DNA of 64,000 nucleotides, from the NCBI GenBank assembly GCA_900768875.1, contig CAAGEP010000003.1:400365-464364 (forward strand), in the 5' to 3' direction. Made by a program: the position numbers and the translations under genes. This document shows positions 58,475-64,000 of this stretch, in pieces. This DNA is from Alphaproteobacteria bacterium. GTDB taxonomy: Bacteria; Pseudomonadota; Alphaproteobacteria; CAAGCB01; CAG-977. The notes below the pieces were generated by a model. That model had not been told where the DNA came from. It did no database searches and saw nothing but the letters and a program-made list of their open reading frames with translations. Each line of letters opens with the position of its first letter. Position 1 is the first letter of the stretch.

Positions 58475-59986
58475 ATGAAACTGCGGGCGATTCTTGCCTT
58501 TTTGCTGACCGTTTCGACGGCGCATGCCGCGCCCGTATGGTGGGAAAGCGTCGTCAATGACACCAAGCTTCCCTTTCCCCGCATGGAACGCGTTTTGACA
58601 ACGGCATGCACGCTGACAACGCAAAAATCGCTCAAGCCCGTCACCGCCCGCGAACTGACCGAAACGGCGGTCAAAAGCCTGTCCACGTTCGACCAAAAAA
58701 TCACGGCGGCTTTGGACGGCAAGCGCGTCATCCTGTTTGCGGACGACAAAGTGCTGAAAAGCTTCAGCGCGCCCGACGAAAACGACTGTGAAAACTGGTC
58801 GCGCCTGTTGCTGGCGGCGGCGGTGGAAGCCCGCCCTTTTTCGCCAAAAGCGCAAAAAGCCGACGCCGAGGAGTTTTACAACATCTTCATCAACGCGTAT
58901 CTGGGCACGCTTGATTCCTATGCGCATTTTGAAGGCGACGATTCAACCGAGCTGACCGCGCTGAAAAACCCCGCAAGCATCGGCATCCGTTACCGCCGAA
59001 TCGGCCGTTTTTTGGAAATCACGGCGATTTTGCCCGACAGCCCCGCGTCTCAAAGCGACATTCAAATCGGCGACCGCATTACGGCAATCGAAGGCAAATC
59101 CGTCCCCGATTTGTCGCGGGTTCAGATTTTGAACGCTTTGCGCGGCGAAGCGGGAACGACCGTTTCCCTGACGATTCGCAGGGACGGCAAAACCCGCAGG
59201 GAACTGCTGACGCGCCGCGCCGTCGTCGAATCGCCCGTCGCGTATTTCTTTGACGAACAGTCGCGTCTGATGACGATTAAAATCGCCGCGTTTTCAAAAC
59301 GCACCGTGCCGTCTTTGAAAGCCACGCTGAAAATCGCCGAAAAGCAAGGCGCGAAAGGACTGATTATCGATTTGCGCGGAAATATGGGCGGTTTGCTCAA
59401 AGAAGCCGTCCTTGCCGCCGACATTTTCCTGCCGCCCGATTTGTTGATGATTCGCACGCAGGGACGCGGCGAAGCGGACGAACAGGAATACTGGTCGACG
59501 AAAAAAAACAACCGCCCCGTTTATCCGACGGCGATTCTGGTTGACGCGAAAACGGCGTCCAGCGCGGAATACTTTGCGGGTGTCCTGCAGGATTACCGCC
59601 ACGCAACGGTTATCGGCACGCCCACTTACGGCAAAGGCGTTCTGCAAAGCGTCGATTCCGTCAAAAACGCGGGCGAATTGTCCGTCACCACGGCGCGCTA
59701 TCTGCTGCCGTCGGGGTATTCCCCCGACATTTACGGCGTTTTTCCGAACATCTGCACGTCGGGATTGAACTTGGTCGACATCGACAAAGTGCCGCCCGCG
59801 CAAACACGTCTGCTGCCGTGGAGAAAAGGCACTGCCGCGATGAAAAACAAAGCGTTGCGCGCCTGTCCGCGTCAAATCCGTCCCGACAACGCCTTGGACG
59901 ACGAAATCGCCAAACTGTTTTTGACGGATTCGGCGCGATATAACGGCGCTTTGACGTATTTTTCGCTTGACAGTTTTCTGAAATAG
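58475..59986 (+). CDS. S41-family C-terminal processing peptidase-like protein with a PDZ domain
   Basis: Signal peptide. PDZ (GDRITAIEGKSV). DLRGNMGG, TASSAEYFAG and TYGKG motifs. Confidence 0.8.
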   Translation: MKLRAILAFLLTVSTAHAAPVWWESVVNDTKLPFPRMERVLTTACTLTTQKSLKPVTARELTETAVKSLSTFDQKITAALDGKRVILFADDKVLKSFSAPDENDCENWSRLLLAAAVEARPFSPKAQKADAEEFYNIFINAYLGTLDSYAHFEGDDSTELTALKNPASIGIRYRRIGRFLEITAILPDSPASQSDIQIGDRITAIEGKSVPDLSRVQILNALRGEAGTTVSLTIRRDGKTRRELLTRRAVVESPVAYFFDEQSRLMTIKIAAFSKRTVPSLKATLKIAEKQGAKGLIIDLRGNMGGLLKEAVLAADIFLPPDLLMIRTQGRGEADEQEYWSTKKNNRPVYPTAILVDAKTASSAEYFAGVLQDYRHATVIGTPTYGKGVLQSVDSVKNAGELSVTTARYLLPSGYSPDIYGVFPNICTSGLNLVDIDKVPPAQTRLLPWRKGTAAMKNKALRACPRQIRPDNALDDEIAKLFLTDSARYNGALTYFSLDSFLK

Positions 59987-60033
59987 GGTATTTTCAGACT
60001 ATCGTTTTTGATTTTTTTGATGGGTGAATTGTC

Positions 60034-60201
60034 ATGGCAAAGCCTGCTACATTACAGATTAAGCTTGAAAGCACCGCCGGAACGGGTTACTTCTACACCA
60101 CGAAGAAAAACCCCCGTACGAAAACCGAAAAGCTCAGCTTGAAGAAGTACGATCCGAAAGCGCGCAAGCACGTTGTTTTCAAAGAAACGAAAATGCGCTA
60201 A
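60034..60201 (+). CDS. rpmG: 50S ribosomal protein L33
   Basis: Not in the ORF track because it is only 55 aa. My translation: [55 protein letters not shown]. Confidence 0.9.
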   Translation: MAKPATLQIKLESTAGTGYFYTTKKNPRTKTEKLSLKKYDPKARKHVVFKETKMR

Positions 60202-60218
60202 GCGTTTCGTTTTGAAAC

Positions 60219-60247
60219 AAAAAGCCCGTTCGTTCGGGCTTTTTTTG
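60219..60247 (+). terminator. Rho-independent terminator after rpmG
   Basis: agcccg/cgggct hairpin followed by a T7 run. Confidence 0.65.
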
Positions 60248-60274
60248 TGCCTTCTTGTGCCGAAAGTTTCCTTG

Positions 60275-60742
60275 ATGCGTCTGTTGTTTTTGCTTTTGCT
60301 GATTTCCTTTTCCGCCCGCGCGGACGGTTACACGCCGATACTGCAAGCCGTCGTCGACGGCGACAATATGGCGATAGAAGCTTTGTTGAAAAAAGGCGCG
60401 AACGCCGAAGCCGCCGACGAAACGGGCATGACCGCGCTGATGATTGCGGCAAAAAGCAATCCCGACGCGCTTGTCCCCTACGTGCTGATTACCAACGGCG
60501 CAGATCCGAACAGATTGCACCCGAAAACGGGATGGACGGCATTGTTTTACGCCGTTCATTACAATTCAAATCCCGACGTCGTGCGCGCGCTGGTCATTGG
60601 CGGAGCGTTGCTGAACGTCCGCGATATTTTTGGGAAAACGGCGGCGGATTACTTGTGGCTGAATCCAAAGCTGCGCGACACCGAAACCGCAGATATTCTT
60701 AATCCCGATTATTATCCGTCCGATTCTTCCGCATCGCGATAA
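60275..60742 (+). CDS. Secreted ankyrin-repeat protein
   Basis: Signal peptide MRLLFLLLLISFSARA. About three ANK repeats (TPILQAVVDGDNMAIEALLKKGANAEA, MTALMIAA, WTALFYAV...VRALVIGGALLN). Confidence 0.7.
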   Translation: MRLLFLLLLISFSARADGYTPILQAVVDGDNMAIEALLKKGANAEAADETGMTALMIAAKSNPDALVPYVLITNGADPNRLHPKTGWTALFYAVHYNSNPDVVRALVIGGALLNVRDIFGKTAADYLWLNPKLRDTETADILNPDYYPSDSSASR

Positions 60743-60978
60743 GACACGATTTGCACCGACACGGGCTTGTCATCGGGTTCTTTCAGCGTTCCCAACAGCT
60801 TTGCAAGCAGTTCGCACCCTTTCAGCACCGTTGCCGCCTGATATTCCGTCGCGCCCGTCGGATGTCCCGCTTTGTCCAGCACGGGAACGGGCTGACGAGC
60901 GACTTCTATCACTTCTTTGACCGTATCAATTAAATAATCCACCATTTCGGCAGATTGTGTTTGCTGTTTCTTTTTCAT
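60712..60978 (-). CDS. Small hypothetical protein (88 aa). Weak resemblance to the C-terminal helix of phage small terminase subunits.
   Basis: GGAGGA RBS before ATG 60978. The segment YQAATVLKGCELLAKLLGTLKE is reminiscent of the ALELLGKHLGMF motif. The 3' end overlaps the ankyrin gene by 31 nt. Confidence 0.35.
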   Translation of the reverse strand: MKKKQQTQSAEMVDYLIDTVKEVIEVARQPVPVLDKAGHPTGATEYQAATVLKGCELLAKLLGTLKEPDDKPVSVQIVSYRDAEESDG

Positions 60979-61057
60979 TTCATCCTCCAAGTTATAACAT
61001 AATGTCATATTTTAAAGGGTATTTCAAGTTTTATAACAATCTCTGCAGACTCTGTGC

Positions 61058-61097
61058 AAAAAAGGGGGCGGGATGAACTGCACCCCGCCCCTTTTTC
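61058..61097 (-). terminator. Terminator hairpin downstream of the pilin-like gene
   Basis: ggggcggg/cccgcccc stem with flanking A and T runs. Confidence 0.6.
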
Positions 61098-61113
61098 CGT
61101 AAAACAATTCCGA

Positions 61114-61728
61114 TTAACGGTAAATCCATGTAATGGATGCTTCGTTGTCATTTTTTGCTCCGTTTGTGCAAGCGCCAATCGCATTAGTCAAACTAACGGG
61201 AACAGTACCACTTTTTGTTGTATAAGTAGAATTGGCGGTTTCGGCCCAAGTTGTAGGAACATCTTGAACTTTACCGGAAGCTGTAATCGCAATCAAACCC
61301 GACGAAGCGTCGCCCCAGTCCGCCATCGCCAAACGCGTGCAGGCGTCCTGCGGCAGTCCGTTGTATGTGATTGAAAAATATTGATTGCTGTTCGGCGTTC
61401 CCAACACAATAGGCCCGCCGTACGGGTTTACGGGATTTTTACACGTTGAATCGTCACAGATTTCATCATTGAAAATACCCAACGTATGGGCGTTTTTATA
61501 TGAGCCGTCGGCGGCTTTCAACCCGTTATAGGTACGGTTTCCCGCAAACAGTGTGCGAATGTTTGTCACCATAGTCTGAACCTGGTCTGTCGTTTTGGAT
61601 ACTTTGAATTTGGACATCGCCATCGAGTACCCTTGGATACCGCCGACGGACAAAACACCGATAATTGCCAGAACGCCCAGCATTTCGATCATCGACCGCC
61701 CGCTTTCGTGTGTGTGTTTCATATTCAT
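61114..61728 (-). CDS. Type IV pilin / pseudopilin-like protein (prepilin-type N-terminus), orphan
   Basis: MNMKHTHESG|RSMIEMLGVLAIIGVLSVGG shows Gly(-1), Glu(+5) and a hydrophobic alpha1-N helix. Four Cys in the globular part. GGGAG RBS. Confidence 0.75.
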   Translation of the reverse strand: MNMKHTHESGRSMIEMLGVLAIIGVLSVGGIQGYSMAMSKFKVSKTTDQVQTMVTNIRTLFAGNRTYNGLKAADGSYKNAHTLGIFNDEICDDSTCKNPVNPYGGPIVLGTPNSNQYFSITYNGLPQDACTRLAMADWGDASSGLIAITASGKVQDVPTTWAETANSTYTTKSGTVPVSLTNAIGACTNGAKNDNEASITWIYR

Positions 61729-61758
61729 CAGTTTTTCTCCCTTGCTGAATGACTTTTT

Positions 61759-61794
61759 GATATCATCCTACCCCCCCCCCTATGCAAATTGCAA
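61759..61794 (-). promoter_or_regulatory. Putative pilin promoter with a G10 (plus-strand C10, 61771-61780) homopolymer in the -35/-10 spacer
   Basis: Minus strand reads TTGCAA-TTTGCATAGGGGGGGGGG-TAGGAT (18-nt spacer). The alternative is TTGCAT-17 nt-GATATC. It sits about 30-40 nt upstream of the pilin ATG. Confidence 0.45.
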
Positions 61795-62002
61795 GAGTTT
61801 TTTATAAAAAGCCTCTAAAAATCTTTTTAAAGCCCCATAAACAGGAACAAACGCCCCTTGATTCGGGGGACGTCATCAGAAAACACCGCCCGTCACGAGT
61901 CTTTATCGGGCGTTTATTGAAGATATGATTAGACCGCCACGCGAATCCGCATCGACGAACGAAGCGGATTAAGACAGCAATTATCCGAAAACAACAAAGG
62001 AT

Positions 62003-62935
62003 TTATTCAAAAAAGCGGTAAAGAATGTTTTCTTTTTCTTCTTCACATTCGGCGGCATCATCGGCCTCTTTGACAGCGGGAACGGAGCCCAAAGCGTATA
62101 CAACCGCGCCCAGCCGTTCGCCGTCCAAACCGTTCAAAGCCAGCGTTCCGCCTGTCAAATTCAATTCCGGCAACGTGAAGGTTTCATTGCCGTCCGCCAT
62201 TTTCAGCAACTTGCGCTGTTGCTTTTTCGTCAAGGCTCCGCCGGAACCGACAGAGCTTAAAAAAGCCAGATTTTGCGCCGTACACCAACCGGAAAACTTT
62301 GTTTTGTCCGGTTCGGAGCGGCGCATTTTGAACCACGCCATTTTTTTCAATCCCGTCTTGTCCAAAGCGGTATAGACGCGGACTTTTCCGAATTGCGCCA
62401 AAGCGTCGGGAACGTTTTTGACCATGCGGGTCAGCTTTTTGGACATTTTCAGATAGCCCGTTTTATCACCGTCCAGCTTCATCAAGACGCTGTAAACAAC
62501 ATCCTGCGACGGCAACCGTTCCCAATAACAAATCGACGACGATTCCGCCGCTTCGGACGACAAGCGCATCCGGCCGCGATAGTTTTTATCGTTCACACGC
62601 ACGAAAAACCGCGTATTCGGATGATAAAACACAAAATCCGTGTCCAGCGTGTTCGCCAGTATCGACGCGAATTTTGCCGCGGCCGCGGCCGCTTGGCGGG
62701 TATTGCGGCTTTGCGTTGCCGCAATGAAATCAGCATCCCTCAATACCGTATCACGCGCAAAGTTTTTCAGTTCGGCGCACGTCCGCGCTTCCTCGGTACG
62801 CATAAAATCGCGCATCGTATCCGACGGCGTTTCGACAGCGGGGACGGTTTGCACGGGCAAAGCTTCGATTCGCTGCTGCGCCTGCGCGTTGACAGCCAGC
62901 AAACACAAACAGACAATCGACAAGACCCGTTTCAT
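62003..62935 (-). CDS. Secreted hypothetical protein (310 aa)
   Basis: Signal peptide MKRVLSIVCLCLLAVNAQA. Starts 18 nt after the valS stop. No family recognised. Confidence 0.5.
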   Translation of the reverse strand: MKRVLSIVCLCLLAVNAQAQQRIEALPVQTVPAVETPSDTMRDFMRTEEARTCAELKNFARDTVLRDADFIAATQSRNTRQAAAAAAKFASILANTLDTDFVFYHPNTRFFVRVNDKNYRGRMRLSSEAAESSSICYWERLPSQDVVYSVLMKLDGDKTGYLKMSKKLTRMVKNVPDALAQFGKVRVYTALDKTGLKKMAWFKMRRSEPDKTKFSGWCTAQNLAFLSSVGSGGALTKKQQRKLLKMADGNETFTLPELNLTGGTLALNGLDGERLGAVVYALGSVPAVKEADDAAECEEEKENILYRFFE

Positions 62936-62953
62936 CGTCCCCTCCCGTTTTTT

Positions 62954-64000
62954 TTACAAAGCTTTCAAACGCGCCATCGCTTCGTTTGTTTTAACCAACG
63001 CGGCTTTGGCATCCGCCAAACGCGCGCGCTGTTCCGCAACGACTTTTTCGGGAGCTTTGGCAACGAAAGCTTCGTTATTCAAACGTCCCTCCAGCCCGCC
63101 GATTTCCTTGGTCAGTTTTTCGGCTTCTTTGGTCAGGCGTTCCGTTTCCTTGGCAACGTCGATAACGCCCGCCAGCGGCAACAAAACCGCCGTCGTGCCG
63201 AACACGGTTTGCGCCGCGCCCTTGGCATCGTCGGCAGAGGTCGACAATTCAGCCGTTTCCAAACGCGCCAACGTTTTAATCAGCGGTTTGAAAGCGTCCA
63301 AACGGCGCGCTTCTTCAGCGGTTGCGCCCTGCAAGTACATCGTGATTTTCGCGGACGGCGCAATATTCATTTCCGAACGCAAAGAACGCACCGCGGAAAT
63401 CAATCCGATCACCCAATCCAGTTCCTCGTCGGCTTCGGCGTTGACCAAATCGTGCAAGTCTTCCCACGGAGTCAGCATCAGCATCTGCTTGCGGTTTTCG
63501 GTCTTGCTCCACAATTCTTCGGTCACGAACGGAATAATCGGGTGCAGCATCATCAGGATTCTGTCCAGCACCCACGCCGCCGTCGCGCGCGTTTCGGCTT
63601 TTGCCGCTTCGTCGTCGCCGAAGAAAAGCGGTTTCGCAAATTCCAAATACCAGTCGCAGAACGTCCCCCAAGCAAACTGATAGCCCGCTTCGGCGGCTTC
63701 GTTGAACTTGTATTCGTCAAGGGCGGTCGTCACTTTTCCCATCGCCGCGGCGGCTTTGGACACAATCCAGCGGTTCAAAGGCTGCTTCAGCGCTTTCGGA
63801 TCATAGCCGTCCGCCGGCTTGCATTCGTTCATTTCGCAAAAACGCGCCGCGTTCCAAATTTTCGTCACAAAGTTGCGGTAGCCTTCGACGCGGGATTCGC
63901 TCATGCACACGTCGCGCCCCTGCGCCGCCATGGCAATCAAGGTAAAGCGCAATGCGTCAATACCGTATTTGTCGCCCAACAGCATCGGATCGACAACGTT
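62954..64000 (-). CDS. valS: Valine--tRNA ligase, C-terminal part (gene continues beyond the window)
   Basis: Anticodon-binding region (GIDALRFTL, RNFVTKIWNAARF) and the C-terminal coiled coil typical of ValRS. The ORF is open to the window edge. Confidence 0.9.
   Translation of the reverse strand, partial: NVVDPMLLGDKYGIDALRFTLIAMAAQGRDVCMSESRVEGYRNFVTKIWNAARFCEMNECKPADGYDPKALKQPLNRWIVSKAAAAMGKVTTALDEYKFNEAAEAGYQFAWGTFCDWYLEFAKPLFFGDDEAAKAETRATAAWVLDRILMMLHPIIPFVTEELWSKTENRKQMLMLTPWEDLHDLVNAEADEELDWVIGLISAVRSLRSEMNIAPSAKITMYLQGATAEEARRLDAFKPLIKTLARLETAELSTSADDAKGAAQTVFGTTAVLLPLAGVIDVAKETERLTKEAEKLTKEIGGLEGRLNNEAFVAKAPEKVVAEQRARLADAKAALVKTNEAMARLKAL

Noticed and set aside
60712-60978. Prophage remnant, based on the terminase-small-subunit-like helix.
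   Set aside because: The resemblance is confined to one short motif recalled from memory. No other phage genes, integrase or att sites are evident. I kept it as a hypothetical ORF and mention it only as context for the islet.

Overview
This looks like a chromosomal segment from a moderately GC-rich alphaproteobacterium. The taxonomic call rests on a near-canonical CcrM (GANTC N6-adenine methyltransferase), an HdaA-like protein, and plsY-dprA-topA-rnr synteny. Most of the window is housekeeping: pyrG, ndk, trpS, valS (partial), rpmG, rimO, dusA, queH, rmuC, kdsB, tRNA-Ser(GGA) and tRNA-Lys(UUU).

Functional blocks:
- **Alpha-glucan operon (83-11615, minus strand):** six tightly packed genes, glgE, maltokinase, glgB, glgX, malQ and a membrane metallophosphoesterase. 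No treS, glgA or glgC lies in the window.
- **Efflux and metal block (35051-43672):** an RND tripartite efflux operon, preceded by a solo IS1-InsA-like Zn-ribbon/HTH protein and a CopA P-type ATPase with HMA domains at both ends.
- **Heterodimeric ABC exporter pair (46411-49871).**
- **Scattered secreted 'eukaryote-like' proteins:** two Sel1-repeat proteins, an ankyrin-repeat protein, and a Cys-rich protein with duplicated CxxCP modules. These suggest a host-associated lifestyle.

Most noteworthy observations:
- A G10 homopolymer sits in the spacer of the predicted promoter of an orphan type IV pilin-like gene. The gene lies in an AT-richer islet (about 60.3-62.9 kb), and the tract is a candidate phase-variation switch.
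- kdsB is translationally coupled to a zeta-toxin-fold P-loop kinase and an atypical histidine phosphatase.
- A terminator-like hairpin inside the copA leader leaves no room for a downstream promoter.
- A 70-bp direct repeat with a tRNA-3'-end-like motif lies beside tRNA-Lys.
- An orphan mini flagellar-rod-like gene pair.

I found no CRISPR array, rRNA, intact IS, integrase or recognisable multi-gene defence system. All calls come from reading the sequence and translations by eye. No database search was run and no composition statistics were computed.
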